Of a DNA stretch of 64,000 bases, positions 13,120 to 25,689 are shown piece after piece. Below the pieces are notes generated by a model, which was not told the DNA's origin, searched no databases, and saw nothing but the letters and a program-made list of their open reading frames with translations. Numbering within the stretch: position 1 is the stretch's first letter; every line of letters begins with the position of its first letter. A program made the position numbers and the translations under genes. The DNA is from Geosiphon pyriformis uo1. Its lineage: Eukaryota; Fungi; Glomeromycota. The stretch covers positions 519,991 through 583,990 of the forward strand of contig JAAOMT010000096.1 in the NCBI GenBank assembly GCA_016748015.1, in the 5' to 3' direction.

Positions 13120-14586
13120 TTTTGTCTCTTCATTTTATGAACATAACTAAAGCAAAGAATAAAAAAGCTGCACTTAATATTTTCTCTGAAATATCTAATA
13201 AAATTTTAACCAAAGGAGCTCTTTTTGTAGTAAAAACAACTAGACAGAATGTTTTAGAAGCCTTTTTTTTATCTGATAATTATGAAAAGCTGCCTTTAAT
13301 AGTTATTAAAGCAATTTTTTTATCTTTGGCTAGTTTTTTATCAGTTAAAGTTCTCTCAAAAAGACATTTGAATTAGTTCCAGTGTTGCCTCCACTCTTAC
13401 TAAAAGCCCAAAAATGTTTAATAATAGACCAGTTAACAAGTTGGTATTCTTTTCTATAGCTTCAACATCTAGTGCTACTAGTACCACCTTTTTAAAAAAA
13501 ATGGTCAAAAAAACCAAAAGTTTAGAAAAGTGGGAACAGTCACTTGTCTCTGCTATTGTTACACCAAACTCTTTTGTGATTCCAACTGAGATCTTAAGTA
13601 AGATCTTTGCTATATTATCTAGCACATCATCTAAGATAGGCCAAGATTAATTACTGGCTATATTGCCAAATGTGGTGTCTTTCAGCAAATTTTTGCTAAT
13701 TCTAAAAGCAAAACAATTATTTTCTGTTGGATTATCTGTTCTTAGAAACTAGGCTGATCAAATAAAAACTGAATTATCCCCTTTGGTTTCTGGTGCTGCC
13801 ACTAGTAGTGCTTGGGAAATTATTACTAGTCATTAAAGATTTGCTGAGTGGATGGTCTTCTCTCCAATATCTGGTGCTACTTTTAAAATCAAATTGGCTC
13901 ATGTTAGGGCTGTTTTTTAGTCTGTATATGGTTTTTTGGGTGCAAAATCTGTTTCTAAGAACAATTTAAAGCTCTTTTATGTGAAGTTTGCTTCTCAAAG
14001 TTCTTTAGATGCTGTATTTTTGGTTGAGCTTACAAGCTTTGTTTACTTTGTCACTTTCAAAATTGTCAAGTTTCTGGTGGTTTCTGAATTTAATTCCTTT
14101 CTTGCTGCTATTGCACTGTGTGATGTGTTTTTGAGTGTGTCTGTTATTGACATTAAGACAGCTTTTGGTGTGTTTGGTAATATTACTTATGTTGTGCTGA
14201 AACCTGTTAGCATTTGGCAATATGTAGTTGTTTATTTTAAAAATTTGAATTCTGCTATATTTGCTTTAAATTATTAGTTAGTTTTGGTGGGCAAAAATAG
14301 TGTTAGAATTTTCTCTTTGGTAAATCAGAATGAAACTATTTTGTCTTGTAATAGATTTAAAACCAAGTTGGTTAATCTCCTCTCTGGCTATATAGCTTTC
14401 AAAATTAGTGATATAATTTCTCAAGTTGGTAGTTAGACATGTTTTATTCCCCATTTTTCTAAATCTGGTCATTGTTCTTAATCTGTCTTGGTTACATTTG
14501 GTTCTCAAATTGATTTGGATACTGTAGTACTAAAAACTAGTACACTAAAAAAATGCTATATTTGGTGAGAAATCTCTGGTTGCTGG
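13120..14586 (+). mobile_element. LINE ORF1 (type B) relic, ending at an LTR insertion
   Basis: Colinear with 31480-33560 (FNNRPVNKLVF, KWEQSL..IVTPNSFV, KPVSIWQYVVV). It ends just before a CxxC knuckle where the LTR at 14587 begins. The LINE ORF1 assignment is by analogy with type A. Confidence 0.6.
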
Positions 14587-16778
14587 TGTTACTCATAAAG
14601 AAAACATATAAAAAAAAACAATAAAAAAACAGATAGACTAATAGGAGAGTAGTAGTTAGTACATGAGCACATTGCTCAACAATGTGGAGAAATGTTAAAA
14701 AATTAAGACACATTGCTTAAGAAATTATAGCACATTACTTGGGAATGTAAACAATCTTATAGAATCTAAATTATATATATATAGCAAGAGCATTAGAAGC
14801 AAAAAAGACAGAACAATTACCAAGACTTTTTAGTTTTGAACTTTTCTTCCTATCTATTCACTAATTACTTCATAGATAGTTCATATCTATTAAAGTAAAA
14901 TCATCAAAAATATTAATAAAATACTTATATATAACCAATTTATATTGCTATCATTTGATTAAGAAACATTTATTAAAACTTTAACTATTAACACTTTATG
15001 TTGATAATTGCTGATATTTAACTATGCTGGAACAATAGCTCTTGATCACAGTTATTAACAAAATACTAACTTCTATTGTTTTGGCTTATTCTCTTTATTT
15101 TTTTTATTTTTTTTATTTCTTTTTATTGTTGTTTACTAATTGATTAAGAATTAAGCATTGAGTTATTAACATCTCAGATAGTCTGGTAAAAAACCCAAAT
15201 AGAAGAGTACAGAATAGTAATTGGATAGCTTACCAGAAAGGCATGACTGCTAAAATAAACTGGCCACTAAGCTAAAGAAAAAAATTAGGAAACCCAGCAC
15301 CAAAAAATTACACACCATTGAATCTCTGTTCATTATACAAAAGATTCAACCAAAACCTTCAGATTGTAAAACCTTTAGATAGTACTATTAATTACAGCCC
15401 TTGAGCACCAAGTTACGAGTTTGTTATTTGATTTGAGACTCCAAATAATTACTTGTAATATTTGGTGCTTCCTATAAGGTTTAATCCAACAGAGAATCAG
15501 CACCAACAGCAATCATCTAAAACAGTAGCAGAATTTGAAGAAACAGAGACAAACCATTTGAAATTTGCAAAATTCTTATTTCAACATTATCACATCCATC
15601 TTGATTAACAAATAGTAATTGGCCAACAAAATTAGCTTTCAATTGTTATGTTAATAAAAAAATTGCATACTACTTGAGAGGTCAAAAAGATTCAGAATTC
15701 GCTTTCAACAATTTCTTCAGTAAACTACTCCAAAGCATTACTCTTTCACAAAACTATTTATTTGTACCTCTAATCACAGAAATAAACAGGAAAATTGAAA
15801 AATACACCAAGCAAAAATTTTCTATTACTTTTGCTGACAAAGGAAAAGGAAGATTACAAACACTTATAAAAACCCCAAAGCAAATTCAACTATCTACTTG
15901 AAAGAAACAAAGATTTGATTCACTTGCTAATCCATTATATTATCACATACCTGGAAGCACTATCAATATAATAAACATATCTATAGCAAGTGTAACAACA
16001 CTACTAAACAGAATTGCATTTCAAAGTAAATAGAAAAAAACAGAGTTATTAAAAACATATGGCGATTATTTTGAGAGATTTAAATTGTGATCTCTAATAC
16101 TATCAGGAGTTCAATTACCATTATCACTACCAGATTTTGAAGCCACCAGTCCTTGGAAATTAACCAACTCCAAGGAAAAAAATAGCAATCAGGAAAATAA
16201 TACTAAAAATCTGATCTCAGAAAACCCAAAAATCCAAAACCCAAGTGTTCTAATTTTACAATTTGAACTCTGACATTATTAATCAGCAAAACTTACCTTC
16301 AGCAATTGTGATTAATCCACTACCAATTACTGTACTACCACCACAACCTCAGCCACAATTTTAGCAACAACTACTTTAACAACCATTTCAACAACTATTA
16401 ATCACACTAATAGTCTATGCACCAATTACCAAGCTAGAAAAATTCACTAGTGAAGAAGATAACACCCAAGTTTGGCTCAATGACATAGCCAAAGCAATAA
16501 TTGCCAACAATTGGGATAACATTAGAGCAATACAAGCCATCCCATATTTTCTGCAAGATATTGCTGATTTTTGGTACCAAAATCTTGTAAACAAATCCCA
16601 AGATTTTAATTTCACTACTATCAAGCAAAAAAACACTGAAGCAGTCACAACTTACTTGGAACACTTCCACTGAAATTTGCATTAAATTCAGACCATTGAT
16701 GCAAACTACTTTACAATATTCCAGATTTTGAATTAGTTTATTCACAGGTTGCACAGCAGCCTATTACAATACATATGC
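14587..16778 (+). mobile_element. 5'-half Gypsy element (family C): LTR 14587-15460, PBS ~15463, degenerate gag
   Basis: TGTTACTC...GTAATA LTR, followed by tggtgcttcctataagg (PBS relic) and the capsid motif APITKLEKF..EDNTQVWLNDIAKAIIANNW..AIPYFLQ at ~16417-16590. Confidence 0.85.
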
Positions 16779-17749
16779 TGTTACCAGAGGTTTTTGGTCT
16801 CTTTTTTTGCATGTTGTTAATGTTTGTCTGTTGCTAGTTTCACATTTTCTGGAAGCAATTAAACCTCCAATAACTGAATTTCTTTTCAAATTATCTCCTA
16901 TAATTTAAACCACTGGACTTATAGGTGGAATGGCCAATTCCATGCCAGTTACTTTGTATAATTACATTGTAGTAAACATCAACTTTTTTCCAGAAATTGC
17001 TTGTCTGAAAGCTTACTAAAAATGTGTAGTTACTTTGTTGTAAAAATCAACTCTTCTACAGGAATTTTGTCTGTAGACTACCCTAATAATTATAATAAAA
17101 AAAGTAAAAAAAAATAAAAAAAATGTAAAAAAAATATAATTGTGTTAAGGAAAACGTTTTTTATTCAGGTCTGGAGTTACTAACAAATTACTGAAATTAG
17201 TAGTTAATTAATTTTAAAATGTTAGTTTGTGTTAAGAAAATTTCAAGTGTAATAATCAAAGAATTTGGTTTTTGAATATTTAATTTTTATTTAAAATATG
17301 TAAAAAGTGATTTGTTCTAATTAAGGTATCTAAAGTAAGATACTATGGTAAAATATTAAAAGATACATTTTCTTAAAGAAAAAAGCTCTTCTTTTATACA
17401 ACTTGTTGTAGTACTAGTCTTTGAACTTGCACTTTTCTCTTTGCTATAATTTTGGTGAACTAAAGATATATTTTGGCAAACTACAAGTTATTTTACTGAA
17501 CTATTGATTATTTCGGCCAATTTTTATTAATTTCGGCGAATTTTGACTATATTATATGGTTCAGGATATTGTGTAATTTGATCATCTTAATTTTTATGAT
17601 ACAAATTGAATTATTGATTGAGTAATAATATTTGATAATTTGATTAAAATAATAAGTGATAATTGAAATGGTAATAATATATGTTAATTAATAATAAAAA
17701 TTATAAAGATAATTTTATGCTAATTATAGCTAAAATTCTATTGGTAACA
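16779..17749 (-). repeat. 3' LTR, family B
   Basis: Direct repeat of 25690-26638 and inverted copy of the solo LTR at 43905-44877. Confidence 0.95.
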
Positions 17750-18437
17750 TAATTTCCTCCTCAAGATTGAGCTCCGTTAAAGTCCAAGCACTATCTGTAA
17801 TGTCAAGATAGTGGTTCAAAATAATTGAGGTGATTTTGTCTGAAAATTGTTGAAATTTCAGTTCTATGAGCTTTCCAATATATTGAATTTTCATTGAATA
17901 AAGTATTAAATTTTGTAGAATGTTTTCACAAGTGTTGAATAAATTATAAAATCTGAATGCTGCTCTAAGTTTGTAGTGAATGTTTGTTAATCCAGCTGCT
18001 GTCTTAAATTCATTGTGAATTTGTTTTTGTATAGTTTTAGAGGTGATGTTGATTGCTTCAATTTCCAGTTTTTGTTCATAAAGTGTTTTTCCAATATGAA
18101 AATATCTATGTATAAAGGTATGTTCATTGTTTTGTTTATTAAGGAATAGTAGAAGTTTTTGTTGAATTGTGGCATTTGGTGAAATATCAATAGAGGCAAA
18201 TAAAAGGTTTTCTTTTAGTGTTTGCTTCAAAAGTTTTGGTAATTGATTTTCAGAATAACTTCTTGTTTTTCTTCTATAAAGATAATAATTCTAAGAATTA
18301 TTTACTACTGGAACTGTGGTTTTTTTCTAAATGTAATTAATTTGACTTCCATTAATCATTATAGATAAGTCAGAGAGTGTTTTTAAAGCTAACATTAATT
18401 TTTGGGATATTTGTTGGATATTTTGGAGAATAATCAT
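17730..18437 (-). pseudogene. Accessory ORF3 of the family B Gypsy (~235 codons, two in-frame TAG stops)
   Basis: The ATG at 18437 is in frame with ORF 17730-18230. The ORF lies between integrase and the 3' LTR and stops inside the LTR. It is homologous by eye to 45992-46648. Confidence 0.75.
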
Positions 18438-18699
18438 GATAAAAATGACTAACTAATAAAAAAATAAAAAAAATTATTTTTCGGTGTAAGGTTTTTATTT
18501 GTTTTTGGGTTTGGGTGTTTCTTGTAATTATTTACTATTTTTGGTTTTCTGTTTTTGTGTGTTATTAAAAAAATTATTGTAAAAATATGTTGAATTAAGT
18601 GTTTAAGTTTGGTTGTTGTTTTATTATAATTAATGGTTCTAAATTTCAGAGAATATCTTCAGAATTAATTAAAGGGAAATGTATATCAATTTGTGAAAT

Positions 18700-19977
18700 T
18701 AATGGTTTAAGATTGTTTCTGGAATAATAGTGTTTCAATTGATTGCCATGTGCAACTTTTGCTAGTATTTTGTCATCAAGTTTTAACTTGTATGATTCAT
18801 TGCCTAGAATTTCGTGAATATAAAATGGTCTATCTCATTTATGTTCAAATTTTCTATTCCATTGTTTTTCAGCCTTAGTTTTGTGTAAGAAAACTTTATT
18901 TCCAACTTTAAATTTGTTGATAACTGGTGGCAGTTTGTTGTCATGTCTTTTTTTTTGTAAGGCTTGAGAGTATTCAATATAAGTGGCTGCTATGTGTCTT
19001 TTTTCTTCCAATGTACTAAGGAGAGTGTAGACTCTTCTTTGGAGTGTTTCTTGAAAGTTTTTTTTATTGATTGGTTGTACTAAGTATGTTTTTACTGTGA
19101 AATTAATTGGTAATGTTGCTGTCTTTCCATAAGTAAAATCAAATAGTGTTTCATAGTATCTTGTTTTAGTGTTCTGTATGCTAGTAATACTAATAGAATA
19201 AAGATATCTCATTTCTGCTCAAAATCTATTGATACTTTGGCTAAAGATTCATATAATGTTCTGTTAAAACATTCTACAAGTCCATTTGTTTGAGGGTAAT
19301 AAGATAATAATAGAGGTTTTTTGATATTAAATTGTTTACAAATTTTTTGTATCAAGTTGTTTACAAAATGTGTTCTTTGATCAGATAAAAGTTCAATTAG
19401 ATATCTATGTCTACAAATAATGTCTTTATATATAAAATTTGCTACTGATTTTGCATCTGCTTTTTGAATGATTCTAGCTTCAGGCCATTTGGTAAGATAA
19501 TCTACTACAATTGCAATATAAAAATTTTCTTGGGTTGTGATAGGTAATGGTCCGACTAAATTAATTCCAACTTTGTTAAAAGATTGTCCAACTTTGATTG
19601 GATTTAAAGGTTTTGTGGGGTGAGTTTCTCTTCTTTTTTAACAACTATTACAAGATTCTACATATTGTCAAATGTTTTTTTGTATGTGAAACCAAAAGTA
19701 ATGTTTAAGAGTTTTTTAAATTGTTCTATTTCTTTCCAAGTGTGCTGAAGAAGGATCTGTGTATATGTTGTATAGAATTGTTTTCTTTTTATTTTCTTGT
19801 ATTAATCTAAGTGATTGGTTTGGGTTTTTGTAATTTTTGTAATAGATTTTGTTATAATGTATAAAATATTGTTTGGATTGGTATTGTAATTAATGTTTTT
19901 TACTTGAAGACCAATTTTCTGACATGGTAAAAGTCTCCAAATAGTTTTTGATGTTGTTGTAATTTCTGGGATCTATT
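18700..19977 (-). pseudogene. Gypsy integrase (HHCC, DDE, GPY/F), degenerate
   Basis: HTDPSSAHL..CNSC, VGINLVGPL, DYLTKWPEA, LLSDQRTHF, PQTNGLVE and a C-terminal PFYIHEILGNESYKL. Confidence 0.9.
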
Positions 19978-20033
19978 GTTGTTTGGTTATTTTTGTTAAT
20001 AATTGGTAAGTTGTAGTGAAATTGTTGTTGGTA

Positions 20034-21440
20034 TTAATTTTGTCTCATTCTTGAAAAGCTGTTAACATTGGTGTGTAGTTTTTCTGATTTATGGTGTACA
20101 ATATATTTGTAGTCTGCTAGGAAGTTATTCTATCAAGACTGTTTGGCATTTTGTTTAGTTTTCTTTTTGTTCAGCCATTTGAGACCAATATTGTCAGTTA
20201 TGATGTCAAATTTTTTTCCATTCTTCAGGTATTGTTAAAAGTGTTTAAAAGCCCAAATGACTGCAGCAGCTTCTAATTTAATTGAGCCATATTTAAGTTT
20301 TGTTGGTTTGAGTGTTTTACTGACATAGGCAATGACTTGTTCCTGGCTATTTTCATCCAATTGTGATAGGATGGCATCAAATGCTGTGTGTGAAGCATCA
20401 ATAACTAGTTAGAACTGTTTGTTAAAATTTGAATAAGCAAGAACTGAAGCTGTTGTTAATTTTGTTTTGAGAGTTTCAAAGGCTTTTTGCTGTTCTTTAG
20501 TCCATTGATATGGCACGTTTTTGTTGGTAAGATAATTGAGTGGTTTGGCAATTTCTGAGAATTTTTTTATGAATTTTCAATAGTAAGAGACTAATTCTAC
20601 AAATCTTTGTAGCTCTGGTATTTTTGGAAGTCTAAAAGTTTTTGACAACACTAATTGTTCTTGGATTTGGTTTGACTCCATCTTTACTAACTATGTATCT
20701 AAGAAAGATTAAGCTTGTTTTTCCAAAATGACATTTTTCAATGTTCACTTTTAATCCTGCTTTCCATAATTATTGGAAAACTTCTCACAAGTAAATAAAA
20801 TGAGCTTTAAAACTTGGTAAGTACACATTAGTGTCATCAAGATAGACAACTACTGATTGCCATAAAAGTTTTTTATATACAATATTCATGAGTTGTTAAA
20901 ATGTTGCTAGTGTATTACAGAGTCCAAAAGACATAACATTGAATTCATAGTTTTCTTCTTGAATAATAAATGCTGTTTTGAGTCGATCTTTTGGGTCCAT
21001 TTCGACTTGCCAGTATCCACTTTCTAAGTTTAAAGTTGAGAAGAACTTGGCTTTTCCTAGAGCATCTAGCATGTTATCAATTCTTGGAAGAGAGTAGGCA
21101 TTTTTAATTGTCATATTGTTAAGTTGACAATAATCTACACAGAATCTGATTTTTCCATTTTTTTTTTAACTAAAATTACTGGTAAGACCCATGAACTTCT
21201 TGATGATTGAATTAATCTGTTCTTGAGCATTTTTTGGATCTTTTTTCTAATGAATTGGTGGCTAACAAGTGGTACTTAATAAGCTTGTTGTTATTTTGGT
21301 GAAGCATTTTCTGTGTGAATTTGATGTTGGACAATATCAGTTTTTTCAAGGTCATTATTGTCTTTTGCAAATATATCTGCAAATTCAGCTATTAGCTGTT
21401 TTAGCTGCCTTTGTTGTTGGGGTTCTAAGGAATCCATGTT
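20034..21440 (-). pseudogene. Gypsy reverse transcriptase and RNase H, degenerate
   Basis: RFCVDYCQLN, NAYSLPRIDNMLD, YWQVEMD, VVYLDD (~20836-20850), DASHTAFDAILSQ and TNVNSFSR. Confidence 0.92.
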
Positions 21441-21879
21441 GATTTAAAAGAGTTTTTTTTCCAAAAAGTGGTAGCTTTCATTAGTAGAAATAATATTTAA
21501 GTTGGGCAGTAGGGTATGTCTTATAATTTCGATAAAATTAGAGACAGTTTAAGAGTTTTTATCTTGAAAAATGTTGCTATGTATGATTCCAATTTCTAAT
21601 TTATTTAATAAGACAATAGGATAATTGTTGGGGTTGTAGAATGTAACTTGAAATTTTTTTATTCCTTTGAAAACATAAACATTTGGAATTAAGATTTCAT
21701 GCTTTAAACAGATTTGTTTATTGGATTCAAAAATTTGTTGGATAGTAGTAGATTTTAAGCAAGTGTAAATTTTGTGATGTTTTCCAAAAGGTAAAATGGT
21801 AATTGGTTAAGAAAGTTGAAGAATCTGGTGAGATTTATTCTGTGTATTGAGAGCTATGTTTACTGGAACTGTGAATCAT

Positions 21880-22300
21880 TCAGTTGAACCAAAATTTTGA
21901 GTTTCTCTTTCACTTTTTCTTAATTGTTTTCTGTTGTTAACTGATTGTAAACTCAAAATGTTAATTAAGAGTAGATAAATTGCTTGAGCAATCTTTTCAG
22001 CATGTTTAATTTTGAATGGTTTGTCTGTTTTATTTTGTAACATGATAGTAATATTTTCAGTGTATTTTGCATCTATAACTCCTCCTCTAACATTGATCCC
22101 TTTGCTGGCTAAGGATAATCTAGAAGCAATTTGAACTATTGCTTTTGATAGAATTTCAAGAGCAATTCTAAGGTTGATTTTGGTTAAAGATTTTGGTTAA
22201 AGAACCAAAGTATTTTTTTCTGGGTATTATAGATCATATTCAGCATCTATATCATGTGCTTTTTCTAACTTGATTCTTTGACCATTATTGTTGAAGTATT
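21880..22300 (-). pseudogene. dUTPase domain within the Gypsy pol (between PR and RT)
   Basis: Minus-strand translation shows all five trimeric dUTPase motifs in decayed form: AHDIDAEYDL, IASRLSLA, GGVIDAKYTE, KIAQAI and ERETQNFGST. Confidence 0.88.
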
Positions 22301-23289
22301 TGAGTTGTAGGGCTGATTGATTTTCAGTAAGGTAGATTGGAATTGTTGTAATTCTTTCTTCTAGCTCAAATTTTCCAAACTCAATTTCCTTCTAGTCATC
22401 TTTGCTGGATAAAGAGATGCTAAAAGCATAACATTTTGAATACTATTTATTATTACAAGGCATGATACATTCTTTATACAGTTAAATATTCATTTGCTTT
22501 AATCATTGAATTTGAGCTTCTTGAGTTGGATAAGTGTGGCTTGCAATTTGGTGATATGTTTCTACTTTATCTTCATAGTTAAATCCAGCTAATTCTATTA
22601 TGTACTTAATGTATTTAGCTTTTTTCATTTGACAAACATCTTCTTATGTGGCTCTATTAATTAAAACTATTGCTAAATTAAAGATTATTTCAGCATTATA
22701 AAAATAATGATAGAGTTTTTTGAGAGCACTATTGTATGCTGCATTAAAGAGCTGTTTCTCTTTTAACTTTTTCCAAAATTGATAGGGCATATTGACAGAT
22801 TTGATCACATACTCCTCTTTTTATTGTAACATCAATCCAGTTACATTCTTTTGATAGTATATCTCCATATGTAAAACAAGAAGTGTTGTTCTATTTTCCA
22901 CTTTGTTTGAAATATCCAAATCGTTCTTTATGGCATGCTTTGCAAAAATAACAGATATAAGTTTCATATTTCTCTTCTGGGGAAATACATGCTCCCATGG
23001 ATAAAAGTTTTTTCTTGTAATCTTTACATTTAAGTAAGATGTAAGATGATTGTTTCTGTGGTTCTGATGTGGAGTATCTAACTACATTTTATCTTTTGGT
23101 CTTCTTAAAAATTTCTTGTTCTGTTTCTTCAGCCCAATTGGATGATAATCTAAGAGCCATAAAGGTTTCAGTGATTGATAGTTCTTTATTCTCTTTAAAT
23201 TTGAATACTAAAGCTTTTTCAGATTTTTTATTAAAAATACCACAGATGGCAGGTACTTTGGTGTATTGTTTTTGATATAAAATCTTCAA

Positions 23290-25644
23290 TTTCTGAGTTT
23301 CCCAATTTAAATTTGCATTGGTCTTAAGAAGTTAATTATTTTTGATAAGAGTTTAGTATTGTGGTACATCTATGACTAAAACTTTGACTGGAATAGTGAT
23401 TCCATTAATAGTGAATAGAAAATTGTCAATTTTTTCTACTGATGTCTTTTTTATATCATCTGCTGTAACAATGACTGTTTGTGCAGATCTGTTAACAGTT
23501 CATTGAAGTTGTTGTATTAATTGATAGGTGATAATATTTCTAGCTGATCCACTGTTTAAAATTAACTAAATGGGTTTTTCTTCTATTTCAGCTTCAGTAT
23601 ATATAGTTGTGATTGTTTTTTGTTCATTGACTGCTGTATTACTAAGCAAAAATGGTGATTCATTTGCTTCAAATTTAAATAAAAATATATCTGAAAGGTT
23701 AACATTTTGGGCAATTTGGGCTGGTGAAATAATATTGTTGGAAGAGTTTGATCTTGGTGCTACAACTTTATCTTCAGAAAGTGCAGTTTATTGAAAACTC
23801 AATTTTTCTGGCATTGTAAGGTAATTGGATTGAGTGTAGTAGTAATTGAGTTTTTGTTGACCAGAATTTTGGGAAACCAACTGATTGTTTGGGTTAATTC
23901 TGTTGTTATTATTATAGAATTGATTTTGGAGTGTGAATTGGTTTTGTTGAACCAATCTTCGAGCAAGTACTTGATATTGTTGTGTAAATAGCTGTTGATA
24001 CTGTTGGATTGGTGGAGGTTGTTAATATTGTTGCTGTGGAGAAGATTGATAGTAACTGTTTTGCTGTTGGGATCTTGGAGAATAGTAGACTGGTGGTAGA
24101 GGCTAATAATGATATTGCTGTATTAAAGAGTAATATTGATTACTCCTGTTTTGTTGGTCTCTTTGTAGCTTTCTGCAATCTCATTTCCAGTGTCCTGAAA
24201 TTTTACAATTTTGACAACTTTGGTTTTGACTGTTTGATGATAATGAGTAGTTGTTTTGGTTTCATTATTGTGGTGGCTGATATCTCTGTGTTTGTTGCTG
24301 CTGTTATTGGTTGGTAAAATAATTTTCAATCTTCTTTGTGAGTTGGTCAATTTTTTTTTCAGCTGCTAAGCTGGTTTTTTCAATAGTAAAATTTACAAGT
24401 TTGGTATAGTTTGCTTCTTCTATTGTTATTTTATAGTTTTTTGCATGTCTAATGGCTGTTGTTAAGTCTTTTAAAACATGTGGGCAAACTTTTTTAATTA
24501 ACTTGTCTTTTAATCCTGCTATAAATTAATCCAAAATCTGGGCATTGAAATAGTATTTATTGGTTTCTAATTGTTAAATTCATCGAAGAAGTTTGTTGAA
24601 TCTCCCAAGATAAGTTATAACAGTTTCAAATGCTTCTTGTTTGATATTGTGAAAGTGATTGTGGAGAGTAATAGAGGTGTTGTTGTCAGTAAATTGTTGT
24701 AAGAAAACATCTTTGAATGCTTGCCAGTTTCCAAATAGTTTTTCTAAGTTTTCAAACCATTCTTCTGCAGTTCCTTGAAGAAAATATGGGATTGCTTTGA
24801 GCATTTTTGCTGCATTCTATCTATTTGCATCTCCTGCTTTTTGGACTTTGTCAAGCTATTCTTGAGGGCTAGTATCATTATTTTTACCAGTAAATTCTGG
24901 AATTTTTGCAATATAAGCAGTTGTCATTTCTTCTTCATTTTTTGTAGTTTCTTCTTGTTCTAATTCAGTTTCTTCATTTTCTAAGTTCTTTGAATGATTA
25001 CTTTCATTTTTCTGTAAGTAATCAATAATATTGGTGCTAGTTAATATTGGTTTTTGCTATTGAGTAAGACTTTTTGGTAACTGAAAATTTTCTAGTCTGA
25101 AGAAATAAATAAGTGATGAACTTGGTGTTTGTGGTTGAACAAATAAAATTGGAAATAGTGTAACTAAAAGTGAAAGTCTGATGCTGGTTCTTTGTTCTGG
25201 AGTTTGCAAGTGTTTGGCAGTTATTTTTGGCATTTTTGGAGTGTTTAAGGTAGTGTTTGGGTGTTGCTTTAATTTTTGTTTGCCTTTGTTGCTTGTTTCT
25301 GTTTCTGATTCAAAGTCAATAGAGTATTTAGACTGTACTGGATATTTTTTTTCACAATACTAGATAATGTTGAAATTAAGTTCTTGGAAATAGGTGCCAA
25401 GTGTTTTACTATTAAGGTCTTCAGTTTCCAATTGTAAATAGTACACTAAATTATTGTAGAAGTTGCTTCTAACTTCTAAAATGTTGTAATTTCCAAGAAG
25501 ATAATTGTTAATGTAGTTTTCAATATACTGGTAAAATGTTTTCTTAACAATTTTAATTCCATCTGGAATGTTGAATCTCTGCTTGCAATGGGTGTAAATT
25601 AACTGGTAATACTCTAGAGTTAATATATCTGGTGTGATTGTCAC
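23290..25644 (-). pseudogene. Gypsy gag and aspartic protease, degenerate
   Basis: Capsid motif MLKAIPYFLQGTAEEWFENL (24580-24804) and protease LILNSGSARNII at ~23535-23565 (DSG>NSG). Confidence 0.85.
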
Positions 25645-25689
25645 TTTGAAGTTGTTATTGCTGTGTTATTTTCGTAGAAAAGCACCAAA

